Positions 1 through 14,767 of a DNA stretch of 64,000 nt are shown in pieces. Origin of the DNA: Eledone cirrhosa (Eukaryota); assembly GCA_964016885.1 (NCBI GenBank), contig OZ024747.1, positions 36,828,001 through 36,892,000 on the forward strand, read 5' to 3'. The notes under the pieces were generated by a model. That model did no database searches. It had not been told where the DNA came from and was given only the letters and a program-made list of their open reading frames with translations. Positions within the stretch are counted from its first letter, which is position 1. Each line of letters opens with the position of its first letter. The translations under genes were made by a program, and so were the position numbers.

Positions 1-994
1 TGTTGATTGAGAAGGGGATAGTCAGAGATAAAGAGATAGAGAGAGAAGGGAAGATTGAGTGTGTGAGTGTTTATTTCTGTGTGGGAGTAGTGTTAGAGAT
101 GAAAGTGGATGATCGTCGCTGTGGTAGTGTAAAGAAAATGGGAGTGGGGTGCAGATTGTGTTAGCGGTAGTGTTGATATGAGGTGGTGGATTTTTAGAGA
201 GGAAAGAAAGTATATGGTTTGAAGTGAGGAGTGGAGAGAGTCATTGGTGGCGGTTTTGGAATGTATAGAAGGAAGAACAAGCAAGAAAATAGAGAGGTCG
301 TTGTGGTCATACTAATAGGAAGAGTGGCAGTGACGGTGGTAACATTTAAAACTAAGAGTGATAGTGGTGATTGCTGAAGGAGGGAAGCGAGATGATGTAA
401 TGTTTAGAAGGAAGACGGGGAGATGCGCCGATGAAACGGAAGAAAATGTGAGAATGAAGTGGAAGGAAATACAGTAGTGATTGTGTGAGAATTAAAAAGA
501 AATGTGGTGATAATGTCATATGAGGGAAGAAGGAATTGGTGGTTAAGAGAGAAGAAAAGCTAATATTAGAATGAAATGCCGGGTGATTGTAAAGAAGAAA
601 GAAGTCTTGGCTTAAGGAAAACATTAGAAGAGGTTGACTGTAGCTTTAAGATGAAGCAGAGAAGTGAGAAATAGAGAAAGAGAGGGGAAGGAGGGGGAAG
701 TTTGTAGTTTTCTTACAGTATCAAACAAATACACCGAAAAGTGAACGATAGATAAAGAAGTGAGAGATAATGAACTAAGTGTGAGTACGAAAAAGAGAAT
801 GTTTCGTTGAAGGTGTGTTCGTGGACGATGCAGTGTAAAAGTTAGAGAAAGAGAGAAAGAGAGAGGGGATAGAAAGTGTATTTGCGATGGACTGAAATAG
901 TGAGAAAATAAAAGCGAGAAAAATTCGACAAAGTAAATGAAGACTCATATAGACAATGATGAGAGAGAGAAAGACTAAAAGAGAGGGAGAGAAA

Positions 995-1077
<83 letters not shown>

Positions 1078-1150
1078 TGTGTGTGTATGTATGTGTGTGT
1101 GGGTGTGTGTGGGTGTATGTGTGTGTGTGTGTATGTGTGGTGTGTGTGTA
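995..1150. repeat. (GT)n microsatellite
   Basis: Long GT dinucleotide run; explains the CV/TH ORFs. Confidence 0.97.
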
Positions 1151-1269
1151 TACGTGTGACGGCCAAGTAAGAGAAAAAAAGTAACAAAACACAGCGGCAG
1201 CTGAAATAATGCCATTATCAACCAAGTGATTAACTGTCAACACAAATAAGAGCAACGACAACAAAAAAC

Positions 1270-1310
1270 AATAATAAAAATAATAATAATGATAATAGTA
1301 ATAATAACGA

Positions 1311-1367
<57 letters not shown>

Positions 1368-1372
1368 CAGCA
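1270..1372. repeat. (AAT)n/(TAG)n trinucleotide microsatellite
   Basis: aataat... followed by (tag)n. Confidence 0.95.
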
Positions 1373-2363
1373 GATGCTATATTGCTCACTGTTGTAACAA
1401 TTTCTCAGTCCTTATGTGTACTCACATACATGTATGTATAGGTGGTGTATAGCATTACGTTTGCAAAAAACTGTTTATTTATAGTAATTTTCCTTTAAGT
1501 TGAAAAATGAAAAAAATTCATAAAAATATTCGTTAGTGTCTCACAACAAAAAGAGGAGATAATTTTAATAGATGAAATGTAATTTCAAAAATTCTTGTTT
1601 AACAGAAAGCCAGGATCGTTGAGGCACTGTCACAGAAATTGATACGTTTCGTATCTATTGATCTCGTCAACGAATCATTGTTTACACGAACACAAATGAG
1701 CAAAATGCAGAAATATATTTACGATTAATTCTTGGGAAGCAGTTATTTGCTCAAACAAAACGGAAATAATCGAAAATAATTCAAATGATCCAATGCCGGG
1801 TATTGTGTTTTCATAAGGAAATCAGAAATCTTACTCTGGAAGAAAGTACTCATTAGCATGGCATGAATTAAAACGTTGCTGTAAGGCTTAAATGAATATC
1901 GCATCGAAGTTAACAGAAACACTGATAACAAAATGTATGGCTCCATTGGATCGATGTTGACTGCCTTTCACTGGTGAGGTCCAATAGGAACGATATCTGT
2001 CTCAGGCCATGAACTTTCTCACTATCAAACAACGGACTGCCTCTTAATATGTTCAATTTATCCAGGTACTCAAATTCTTTATGAGTAATGAAAGAAACAT
2101 GTCGTATTTTAGATTCCTTTCTCCAACTAAGCATGTGACAACCCTCGCATAAAGGTATGTGCACATATATGAATAAATACATGTATACATGCGCATAAAC
2201 CCTCACTGGAAAGCCCACATACCGAGTATTTGTATTTTGCCCGTTTCGTTTCGGCTACTTGAGGCGTCTAATTTGATATCGGGTAGGGTTGTGTAACGTA
2301 GATTTATATATGTATGCATATATATACATACATATATATACATATATACATATATATATATAA

Positions 2364-2462
<99 letters not shown>

Positions 2463-2565
2463 CATATATATATATACTTATACACACGCATATATATATA
2501 TATATATATTAGTTATGTAATAAACAACATAAGATAATTATTTCATTTACCTGTCTTTTCATTTT

Positions 2566-2625
2566 TTTCATTTGATGACTGAAAGCAAATTTTGTTTGCT
2601 TTCAAGAAACTACTGGTAAATGAAA
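2566..2625 (+). ncRNA. Degenerate type I hammerhead ribozyme inside a small inverted-end element (~2508-2720)
   Basis: Stem I tttcatt/aatgaaa, core tgatga (C3 missing), stem II tgaaagcaaa/tttgctttca, GAAA, ctactggta. Inverted repeat ~2511-2552 vs ~2612-2655. Confidence 0.55.
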
Positions 2626-2742
2626 TAATTATCTTATGTTGTTTATTACATAACAAATGAGCTCTGTAACCTACATAGAGCACTCTTTTTTCCTGGAGTT
2701 TTCCGACGGAATTACTTCACACACACACATATATATATATAT

Positions 2743-2883
2743 ATTTTTTCTGAAGACGGCGGGTAGTGAAGACGTATGTATTCTTTTCTCACTATGATAT
2801 TTTGTAATATGTTTTCAATAGATCGATAATTAAATGAATATGCGGACGACTAGCCCCCCCCCCAGAAACGATCGTAAAATAAT
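2743..2883 (+). ncRNA. Type I hammerhead ribozyme with long stem II insertion
   Basis: CTGAAGA at 2750, GAAA at 2865, palindromic stem III acgatcgt, GTA site. Same layout as the HHR at 32468-32609. Confidence 0.65.
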
Positions 2884-2934
2884 GTGTTTTACTATGAATT
2901 AACAGTTTTGTGTTTAATTTCATTGTTTTAATAA

Positions 2935-2997
<63 letters not shown>

Positions 2998-3032
2998 CAT
3001 ATATATACATATATATACATATATATACAGAC

Positions 3033-3063
<31 letters not shown>

Positions 3064-3114
3064 CGTATATATATACATATATGTATATATATATATACAT
3101 GTATATATAGATGA

Positions 3115-4327
<1,213 letters not shown>

Positions 4328-4424
4328 GTAGGAGTTGTATTTAATTTGTTAGAATTCCGACAAACATATATGTTTATAACTGATATAGAGCACTCAACAA
4401 GTTACTGGAGTAAATATTCCAAGA

Positions 4425-4547
4425 TAATAATTGTTTCTACTTTAGGCACAAGGCCAGCAATTAACCAGTATATTACTGGTACTTTATTTTATCGACCCCG
4501 AAAGGATGAAAGGCAAAGTCAACCTCAGCGGAATTTGAACTCAGATC
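4425..4547 (-). mobile_element. tRNA-derived SINE, 5'-truncated
   Basis: Reverse complement has B-box gttcaaattc and core ...ctttcatccttt(t)cggggtcgataaaataaagtaccagt. Matches the copies at 5010 and 51661. Confidence 0.85.
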
Positions 4548-4604
4548 CAAGATAACCAGAACAAAGATAATAATAAATGGAAACTATATTTATAAAACCA
4601 TATT

Positions 4605-4669
4605 TATTTCATTATATATATTTCAAGGGCGACCAAGCAACTCTTGGTGCGCTTTCATCAGATAAAATA
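4605..4669 (-). ncRNA. Type I hammerhead ribozyme (PLE 3' end)
   Basis: Exact mirror of 11594-11658. Confidence 0.85.
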
Positions 4670-5009
4670 CAAAATATGTTTTATAAATAATGACATACAC
4701 ATGGAAATAAACCTTAACGGTCCGAAGATTCGCTGGATAGTGGAAACTTATTAGGGGTAATTAAAAGTTATGTGTGAATATGCAAATGAATTTATGAAAA
4801 ATTGAAAAAACAACCGTTTATTTAAATACGCTGGGGGAGGATGAGAAGAAAGAGAGAGCGAAAAAATTACTGTTAAGACATATATAGAAAAATAGACAGA
4901 AGAGAGAAATTTAGCAGAGGATGAAATCATATAACGTAAATAAGTCTTAAATTTATATTAGAGTTACATAAATTTAGTAATTATTTTGTTGTTAGAATTC
5001 TAATATAAT

Positions 5010-5199
5010 TGTCTCTACTTTAGGCACAAGGCCAGCAATTACCCAGTGCATTACTGGTACTTTATTTTATCGACCCCGTAAGGATGAAAGACAAAGTCAA
5101 CCTCGACGGGATTTGAACTCAGATCGTAAAGGGACGTAACTATGCTAGAAAGCGTGGCGTCCGACCCTCGACTGATACTGCCAATCCACCGCCCTTTCA
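5010..5199 (-). mobile_element. tRNA-derived SINE (Nin-like core), full length, with TSD
   Basis: A-box-like tggcagtatc, B-box gttcaaatcc. TSD aatataat at 5002-5009 and 5200-5207. Absent from the mirrored arm near 11260. Confidence 0.88.
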
Positions 5200-8100
5200 A
5201 ATATAATACAATATAATATTAAGTTTTATAGGTAAAAAGAAATATATATATAGAAAAAATAGATATATAGATAAAGTAAATATATATATAAGAATATATA
5301 TTGAAAATATAATAATATATATTGAAAAATAAATTGAGAGTGAATAGATATAAGTAGAAAATAGATAGAAAAATATAGATAGAAGAATAGATATATGAAT
5401 AGAGGAATGGATATATGAGTGGATATATGGGTATATTCTGTTATAGATAATTGTTTTAATAATTTATGAGGGATACTGATTTATATTTATATTTAGTGTA
5501 AGTAATTAAATTAACTAAGTTAATAAGAAGATTTATATGTTTCTAATATTTTAAATATTTTAAATTGGGAAGATAGTGAAAATCCCAATTTTGTTAATTT
5601 ATTAGTTAGTATGAGACCATTTTGACGAATATATAAGTTTTGAAAGATATATTTAGCCAGAATTAGTTATTGGTTATATTAAAAAATAAATATAAAAAAT
5701 ATTAAAATATTAGAAAATATTTAAAAATATATAATATAAAAATATTAAAAGACCTGAAAAAAATTCTGGAAAAAATTTCTGGAAAAAAGTTTTTTAAAAA
5801 TGTTTAAGAATCTCAAAAGATACTTTTTTAAATTTTTTTTTTATTTTAAACAAAATAATTTTTAAGATAATAATTTTTTAAGAAATAAGTGATTTTTTAA
5901 AAAGTAAGTAATTTTTAAATAAATGAGATAATTTGGAAGTAAAAATAAATAAAGTAAAAAATTTAATCAGTAAAGAATAAAGATGTAAAAATATTAAACA
6001 GTAAAGGATAAAGATATATTTAGCCAGAATTAGTTATTGTTTATATTAAAAAATATAAAAAATATAAAAAATATTAAAATATTAGAAAATATTTAAAAAT
6101 ATATAATATAAAAATATTAAAAGACCTGAAAAAAATTCTGGAAAAAATAAGTAAAAATATTAAAATGAAAATTAAAGTTAAAATTAAACATTTATAAAAA
6201 TGTATGATCATATATCTATATAATATAAGAAATTTTAATATAAAAAATATTAAAATATTAAAATTAAAATTAAAGATTTATGATCATATATGTATATAAT
6301 ATAAGACATTTTAATAAGTGAAAATTATAGGCATTGGAATATATCGAACAATATGTAAGAAAAATTATTAATGTAATTATATTTTATATATATTTTTAAA
6401 TGTTGAATTTAGTCGATGTTTACAAGAACTGAATAAATTCATACGTATATTAATTGAGTTCTTACATTTAAGTATGAAGACAATTTCCTCAACACACAAT
6501 TTGCAAAATGTAGATAAAGCTGTGTATCTGTAGGCAGGTGATTATGAAATTACATCCCAAGTTAAAGAATAGTCTATATTTTAGATTTTAAGTTCCATAT
6601 CAAGTTTGGTAGAGTAGTTAAAGATTGTTTACCAATATTATTAAACGGACATTTGTGATTATTGAAACGCGATTTGAAATCTGTAGAAGTAGAACCTATA
6701 TAGTTGAATATATGATCATTAGTTTTGACAGAACATTTATAGACGACATTTTTATCTAAGCATTTATTTTTTAAAGGACAGTTTGGTTTAATTCTACAAT
6801 TACATTTAGCAGAGTTGGTGTTATTCGGAACAGTATTATTAAGTAGGATATTGCTAGAGGTATTAGTGCTATTTTGGTTTAGATTTCTATTATTGATTCT
6901 ATTTATATTTTGTGCTAAGTAAATAGTAGTAGAGTAAGATAGTTTTATTGTATGTCTGTTAAATATTGAAAGCTATCTATGGGTTTTGGGAAAGCATTTA
7001 ACTAGAACTTAAAAAAATAGTTTAGCTAAAGGTGTTTTAATACTAAGTGGAAATAGAGGTGCATACCTAATTATGTTTCTAGTACTATTCCTTCTATTAG
7101 TATTAGAGTTTATGTTAGGTTTCTTATTATAATTATAATTAATATTATGGTTATTTGCCTTATCATTGTTTTCGGTGTATTTAGTTTTATTTGTATAGCC
7201 TGCTCTACTTAAAGCTTCATTATAATATTCTGCCTTATCGTCAAATATGTTTTATTTGCAGAGATTCGAGAAATACGTTGTTGTACAGAATTTACTCTAG
7301 TGTTCTTAATAGATTTAGGATGATTGGAGTTGAAGCTTACATAGTTTAAGTTCTCATTAATTTTATGGAATGGATAGTAGAGCCCTGTATTAATGTTTAA
7401 TATTACGTCTAAAAAGTTAACAATTTTGTAGTTATTCTCTATTTCTAACTTAAGATTGTAGCTATTAAAAAATTGTATTATTGATTTTCTTTTTCTATTT
7501 ATTTCGCAATTACTATTATTTTCAATTAAAAGCAGCATATCATCACGCTATAAACCACCGGTCATCTCCGGTAGTTTTCTATGTAGTATATTATTAATAA
7601 ATATCCCCCACAAGATCTGTTATTTGCGCCGAGTCTGATGACCCATGGTGATGTCGAAATTATTTATTCTGTCCGCCCTGATCTAGAGATGGTTGTTGAA
7701 TGTAATTAAGGTTTTTCGTGCAGATAAAATAATATGCATTTCTTCACTAGATGAATCAGTATATTTAGATGTATAGATAAGGGCTTTATTAAGTAAATTA
7801 GGAGTGATAGATGAGTAGTAATTTGCAATATCCAATTGAATGAATTTTTTGTTATGTTTAAATGTTATGTTGTTTAACCAATCTATAACTTCGTTAGTAC
7901 CGTTCCATAGTTTTAATTTAGATATTTCTTTAAGTTGCGGTATGATTCTATCTAATATATGTTTACTAACTATGCGTAAGTCTGATTTAGAGGGTGCTAT
8001 AAGTCTAACTGGTAGTTCTATTTCAAAGTTTCTGTTGTGGTCTTTCAGGTTAATTTTTGGTTTTCTAGGAATAAAAGGTTCGGTCCTATTTTCGAAGCTT

Positions 8101-8691
8101 AATTTATGAATTATTTCAGACGCTTCTCTATTTAGCATTTCGAGGTCTTCATTGGTTGTTAATTTGTAATTTTCGCTTAGTTCTTTCAATATAAGGTTAT
8201 TGTATTCGTCCTTTTGCATCCCGTGTAGATTGCTGGTTTTGTCAGATTTAACGAGGATTTTCTCAAGAATTTCTATATTATTCTTAAGGCCTTTAAGATA
8301 TACATGGCCTGCGAAATGGGTTTTTTAATTTGATGTTTTGTATAATTGATATTATTTCATTCCCAAATTCCATTAATAGTTTGTTGTTAGGTGGATTTTT
8401 CTTGGATTTGAAGATCATATCGAAGTTGGATTTATTTGCTTTTTCATCTGATTTTCTATCGAAATGGAAGGCACGTCATCTACGTCTTCTTATAAAGGAG
8501 TCAGATTTCTCAATGAGTTGTTTGTGATAGTCCTTATTCTTAGGTAGAGGTATGTCTTTAGAAAAGAAGAGATCCTAGAGAATTCCATTATTTATCAATC
8601 AGTTATAATTTAAAGTGCTCAACAGTAAAGGAGCTATATATGTAGGAGTTGTATTTAATTTGTTGGAATTCCGACAAACATAAATGTTTCA

Positions 8692-11600
8692 TATCGTGAT
8701 GATATGCTGCTTTTAATTGAAAATAATAGTAATTGCGAAATAAATAGAAAAAGAAAATCAATAATACAATTTTTTAATAGCTACAATCTTCAGTTAAAAA
8801 TAGAGAATAACTACAAAATGGTTAACTTTAAACATTAAACCTTAATACAGGGCTCTACTATCCATTCCATAAAATTAATGAGAACTTAAACTATGTAAGC
8901 TTCAACTCCAATCATCCTAAACCTATTAAGAACACTAGAGTAAATTCTGTACAACAACGTATTTCTCGAATCTCTGCAAATAAAAACATATTTGACGATA
9001 AGGCAGAATATTATAATGAAGCTTTAAGTAGAGCAGGCTATACAAATAAAACTAAATACATCGAAAACTATGATAAGGCAAATAACCATAATATTAATTA
9101 TAATATTAATTATAATTATAATAAGAACCATAACATAAACTCTAAAACTAATAGAAGGAATAGAACTAGAAATATAATTAGGTATGCACCTCCATTTCCA
9201 CTAAGTATTAAAACACCTTTAGCTAAACTATTTTTTAAAGCACTAGATAAATGCTTTCCCACAACCCATAGATATCATTCAATCTATAACAGACATACAA
9301 TAAAACTATCTTACTCTACTACTATGAACTTAGCACAAAATATAAATAGAATCAATAATAGAAATCTAAACCAAAATAGCACTAATACCTCTAGCAATAT
9401 CCTACTTAATAATACTGTTCCGAATAACACCAACTCTGCTAAATGTAATTGTAGAATTAAACCAAACTGTCCTTTAAAAAATAAATGCTTAGATAAAAAT
9501 GTCGTCTATAAATGCTCTGTCAAAACTAATGATCATATATTCAACTATATAGGTTCTACTTCTACAGACTTCAAATCCCGTTTCAATAATCACAAATGTC
9601 CGTTTAATAATATTGGTAAACAATCTTTAACTTCTCTACCAAACTTGATATGGAACTTAAAATCTAAAATATAGACTATTCTTTAACTTGGGATGTAATT
9701 TCATAATCACCTGCCTACAGATACACAGCTTTATCTACATTTTGCAAATTGTGTGTTGAGGAAATTTTCTTCATACTTAAATGTAAGAACTCAATTAATA
9801 TACGTATGAATTTATTCAGTTCTTGTAAACATCGCCTAAATTCAACATTTAAAAATATATATAAAATGTAATTACACCTATAATGTTTCCATATATTGTT
9901 CGATATATTCCAATGCCTATAATTTTCACTTATTAAAATGTCTTATATTATATACATATATGATCATAAATCTTTAATTTTAATTTCAATATTTTAATAT
10001 TTTTTATATTTTTTATATTTTTTTATATTTTAATATTTTTTATATTAAAATTTCTTATATTATATACATATATGATCATAAAATATTATAAATGTTTAAT
10101 TTTAACTTTAATTTTAATTTTAATATTTTTACTCATTTTTTACTTATTAAATCTTTATCCTTTACTCCTTAATATTTTTACATCTTTATTCTTTACTGCT
10201 TAAATTTTCCAATTTTTTTATTTTTACTTCCAAAATATCTCATTTATTAAAAAAATTACTTACTTTTTAAAAAATAACTTACTTCTTTAATAAAATTATC
10301 TTTAAAATTTACTTTGTTTAAAATTTATTTAACCTTTTAAAAAATATTTTAAAAGAATTTTTAATGTATTTTTAAAGTATTTTTTAAGTAATTTTTTAAA
10401 GGTTTTAAATAATTTTAAATATTTTAAGTATTTTAGAATAATTTTAAACATTTTTAATAGTTTAAGTATTTTTTAAAATGGTTTATTTAGAGAAACCTTT
10501 TGGGATTCTTAAAAATATTTTTAAAACTTTTTTCCAGAAATTTTTTCTAAAATTTTTTCCAGAACTTTTAATATTTTCTATTATATATTTTTTAGTATGT
10601 TCTAATATTTTAACATTTTTAATAATTTTTAATATTTCTTAATATTTTTTTATATTTTTTAATATAACCAATAACTATTTCTGGCTAAATATATCTTTCA
10701 AATCTTATATCTTCGTCAAAATGGTCTCATACAGACTAATAAATAAACAATATTGGGATTTTCACTATCTTCCCAATTTAAAATATTTAAAATATTAGAA
10801 ACATATAAATCTTCATATTAACTTAGTTAATTTAATTACTTACACTAAATATAAATATAAACCAATATCCCTCATAAATTATTAAAATAATTATCTATAA
10901 CAGAATATACCCATATATCCACTCATATATCCATTCCTCTATTCATATATCTATTCTTCTATCTATATTTTTCTATCTATTTCCTACTTATATCTATTCA
11001 CTCTCAATTTATTTTTCAATATATATTATTATATTTTCATTATATATCCATTCCTCTATACATATATCTATTCTTCTATCTATATTTTTCTATCTAGTTT
11101 CTACTTATATCTATTCACTCTCAATTTATTTTTCAATATATATTATTATATTTTCAATATATATTCTTATATATATATTTACTTTTTCTATATATCTATT
11201 TTTTCTATATATATATATTTCCTTTTACCTATAAAACTTAATATTATATTGTATTATATTAGAATTCTAAAAACAAAGTAATTATTAAATATACGTAACT
11301 CTAATATAAATTTAAGACTTATTTACGTTATATGAGTTCATCCTCTGTTAAATTTCTCTCTTCTCTCTATTTTTCTATATATCTCATAACAGTAATGTTT
11401 TCGCTCTCTCTTTCTGCTCATCCTCCCCCAGCGTATTTAAATAAACGGTTGTTTTTTCAATTTTTCATAAATTCATTTGCATATTCACACATAACTTTTA
11501 ATTACCCCTAATAAGTTTCCACTATCCAGCGAATCTTCAGACCGTTAAGGTGTGATTTCCATGGGTATGTCATTATTTATGAAACAAATTTTGTATTTTA

Positions 11601-11699
11601 TCTGATGAAAGCGCACCAAGAGTTGCTTGGTCGCCCTTGAAATATATATAATGAAATAAATATGGCTTTATAAATATAGTTTCCATTTATTATTATCTT
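8692..11699 (+). mobile_element. Inverted 5'-truncated copy of the Penelope-like element (YRDD to 3' end)
   Basis: Begins tat cgt gat gat atg ctg ctt (YRDDMLL). ORF 9324..9674 has CNCRIKPNCPLKNKC...VVYKC...YIGSTSTDFKSRFNNH (GIY-YIG). Reverse complement of 4564-7547. Confidence 0.92.
11594..11658 (+). ncRNA. Type I hammerhead ribozyme (PLE 3' end)
   Basis: Stem I tattttat/atgaaata, CTGATGA, stem II with accaag/cttggt, GAAA, palindromic stem III atatatat, ATA site. Confidence 0.85.
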
Positions 11700-11700
11700 A

Positions 11701-11763
<63 letters not shown>

Positions 11764-11764
11764 T

Positions 11765-12065
11765 AAATTATCGAGAATCGCATTATGGCCCACGAAATAA
11801 CGAGAAACAACCTCCGAGATGTGTGGCAAGTGCTGCATCGGAACTCAATTTATTGTGTTGCAACTGTTTCCCCGGCGAACAGCTTGAGGTGCGATCTGTG
11901 TGTGGATTGAGCTGACTCTAGACTCGCAGGTTCCTTGGACACGTCTATTGATTTCGGATCATATCCTCTTTCGTTTTCCATTCTATCATACTATGCTCAG
12001 TAGGAGCATAGAGTGCTCAACCGGCATACCGCCTATGGAAGCATCTTAGTTACCTATTAGACATA
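11765..12065. repeat. Unclassified dispersed repeat (second copy inverted at ~42438-42645)
   Basis: gcatcggaactcaatttattgtgtt... and agtgctcaaccggcatac... recur in reverse complement at 42.4-42.6 kb. Confidence 0.75.
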
Positions 12066-12089
12066 TATATAAATATTTATATATATATA

Positions 12090-13050
12090 TTGTTATACTT
12101 TGGTCGAGTCATATTGCCAATAAGAAACACACGCACCAGCGGTTTTCACTTCAATTTATTATAAATTTCATAAATTTTATAAATATAAATTTTATAAATT
12201 TCTGGTTGGTTGGTTGGTTGGTTGCACAACTGAATGGTTGTTTATATATTGACAAAGTTCTGTCGTCATACATTCTGTGACTGGGGATTCTTTTCTTTGT
12301 TTTGTGGCTCTCCTTTGTTCTGTCCTACGTCATCTTGTTTTTGTGTGTGTTGTGTGCTTGGTTTGCGCATGTGTTACATCCGGGTGTCTGTGTGTGTTTT
12401 TATTTGTTTATTTACATGTTAGTAGTTAGTTGTTTGTTCTATGTGTGCGTGTTTTCATTTTGTACTTAATTACTAGTTGTGATGTTGCTATTCCATTCAT
12501 GTTTTCTATTTAATTTTATTTGGAGTTCATTTATCTTTATTGCCTCTGTGATTTGTCTAAGCATTGCGTCTTTTCTGTGTGTAGATTCTATTTGTATCTC
12601 TATGTTCTCTAATTTGCCCTTATGTTCTATTTTAGCAGGTTGGTAGTGTATTGGTGAGTCTTTTCTATCTTGGAGTTCTCGCCAGTGTTCATTTAATCGT
12701 TCTCATAAGCTACGAGCTGTCTCACTAATGTATATGATATTCTTATTTTTACATTGTCCCTCAGTACATCTTATGCTATATACTAAGTTTCTAGTTTAAC
12801 AGTTAATATGGGGGCTTAACTTACAGATTATGGATTTCTTATCTGTCTTTGAAAAGGGTATGTTTTACTAATTAGTGTTTTTCTGTACGTACTTGGCCTT
12901 TCCACTATCTTAAAAGTTAGTTCATGTTTATAATAAATTGAAGTGAAAGCAACTGGTGCGTGTTTCTTATTGGCAACATGACCCTCCCAAAGTATAACAA
13001 TATCGGTTTCAACACACGTTTTCAGATCTTGCTAAACAAATTCAGAAACG

Positions 13051-13052
<2 letters not shown>
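12090..13052 (-). mobile_element. Penelope-like 3' fragment (GIY-YIG) with inverted end repeats
   Basis: Reverse complement of the 22350-23215 family. Inverted repeat ~12090-12165 vs ~12925-13000. HHR core deleted at ~12250-12290. Confidence 0.75.
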
Positions 13053-13106
<54 letters not shown>

Positions 13107-13114
<8 letters not shown>

Positions 13115-13760
13115 CGTAAGATAAGAAAATATTTAAAAAAAAATTTTTTAAAAATCTGTTTTACTTACTTACTTAAATTTTCACTCCAACTAATTAGTTT
13201 CTGCAATGGGATAAAGACAGTTACGTAATCCAACTGTCGAGAATTCATTGCGTCATCAGGGAGTCTATTCTCAGCTGAGTCTCCAGGCAAAACGCGGACA
13301 CTGGCGGCTCATATAAAAATAATAATAATTCGGTAGAAAGAACAGCTGGCGAGGACTGGATTCCATGTACCGAAATTCTCACTGCTTCTAGTCAAATGGC
13401 CGATTCTAAAGAATCAATCACGTGACACAGAGGCTAGTTAGAAGGAATGGGATGGTAAGATGACTGACGCCTACTAACACCCCAAAAAAATTTAGAAGTG
13501 GTTTTGGCAGGTTTGCTCGACAAATCAGTGATTTGGAGATAAATATAGATAATTTAATATATCAACTAACATAGGCGCACAGATGCGTGGACGTGCAATT
13601 TTTTTTTAATTTTTTTTAAAAATATTTTCTTATCTTACGTCTTTTATATTATTGTTCTGCACCCTCCTGCATTGAACCACCTAGGTACTTTGACATAACC
13701 TGTGTATTTCCTGGCATGGACGTGCATCTGTGCGCCTATGTTAGTTGATATATTAAATTA

Positions 13761-13765
<5 letters not shown>
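13107..13765 (-). mobile_element. Non-autonomous HHR-bearing element related to the 526-nt tandem family
   Basis: Shares blocks with 19878-20310. Inverted repeats ~13107-13147/13600-13648 and ~13546-13587/13722-13765. Flanked by (TA)n. Confidence 0.7.
13183..13264 (-). ncRNA. Type I hammerhead ribozyme
   Basis: Reverse complement: actcc CTGATGA c gcaatg...cattgc a GAAA ctaattag TT ggagt. Confidence 0.85.
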
Positions 13766-13822
<57 letters not shown>

Positions 13823-13940
13823 GAGAAGAAAGAAGAATACTGCGTGGTTTGCACATGGGTTACATATGATAAAAATACTCCTTCGTCAGTGATTTGCCAA
13901 CCATCATTGGTATTTCATCGCATATATATATATACATATA

Positions 13941-14144
<204 letters not shown>

Positions 14145-14147
14145 TAT

Positions 14148-14310
14148 AGGAAAAAGTATGACCCCGACGGCAGAGCTCAAGCCGTTTCGACGCCTTGAGC
14201 TCTGCCGTCGGGGTCATATATTTTCCTATTTCCCACTCTACTACCCTAAATATTGGGTACTCTGGTGCGTTATGGTCCATCTGGTTCCTTACCACAATTC
14301 CATTGTTATA
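14148..14310 (+). mobile_element. Collapsed hairpin copy of the 'ccccgacggcagagctcaagccg' inverted-end family
   Basis: Terminal and subterminal inverted repeats abut, followed by an ~85-bp tail. Flanked by (TA)n. Confidence 0.75.
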
Positions 14311-14589
14311 TATATATATAAATATTTATATAAATGAAAGGTGTAGAAAACATTGTAGCAAAAAGCCAACAGTATTCCATAATATATAAGTGACTATAGC
14401 GTCAAAATGGGAAAAATAGTTAACGTAAGATGTGGGAAAAATAATTCAAGCTCAACTCAAAAAGAATCAGGATATAGATTCATTCAACACGATTTAGTGA
14501 AATCCAGGGAAAAATCAATAGAGCCTTAACTCATGATAAAAATAAAGTTTTAAATACTCATCCTTCAATTTGGAAAAAACTTCAAATGC

Positions 14590-14665
14590 TCTGTATAGTC
14601 TTGAAGACTATTTCACGAAAACTTTCAGTGGAGATGGTCACTGTTGGAATTCGATCCTCAGCAGA
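14590..14665 (-). ncRNA. Type I hammerhead ribozyme with full stem III
   Basis: Reverse complement: tctg CTGAGGA t cgaa..cagtg..cactg..ttcg t GAAA tagtc ttcaa gacta TA caga. Host repeat 14330-14680 recurs inverted and 5'-truncated at ~42660-42905. Confidence 0.75.
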
Positions 14666-14767
14666 ACTTAACTCGATATTTATATATATATATTTATATA
14701 TATATATGTGTATATATATGTATGTATATGTATATGCATATAAATATATGTATATATATATATATAT

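Noticed and set aside
1-940. Purine-rich stretch, possibly a very old LINE on the minus strand
   Set aside because: No convincing APE or RT motif can be read.
1743-2218. Unique-looking ORFs as host exons
   Set aside because: No recognisable domain or consistent splice boundaries.
5010-5199. tRNA gene
   Set aside because: The A/B boxes belong to a multi-copy SINE head with a TSD; no full cloverleaf is evident.
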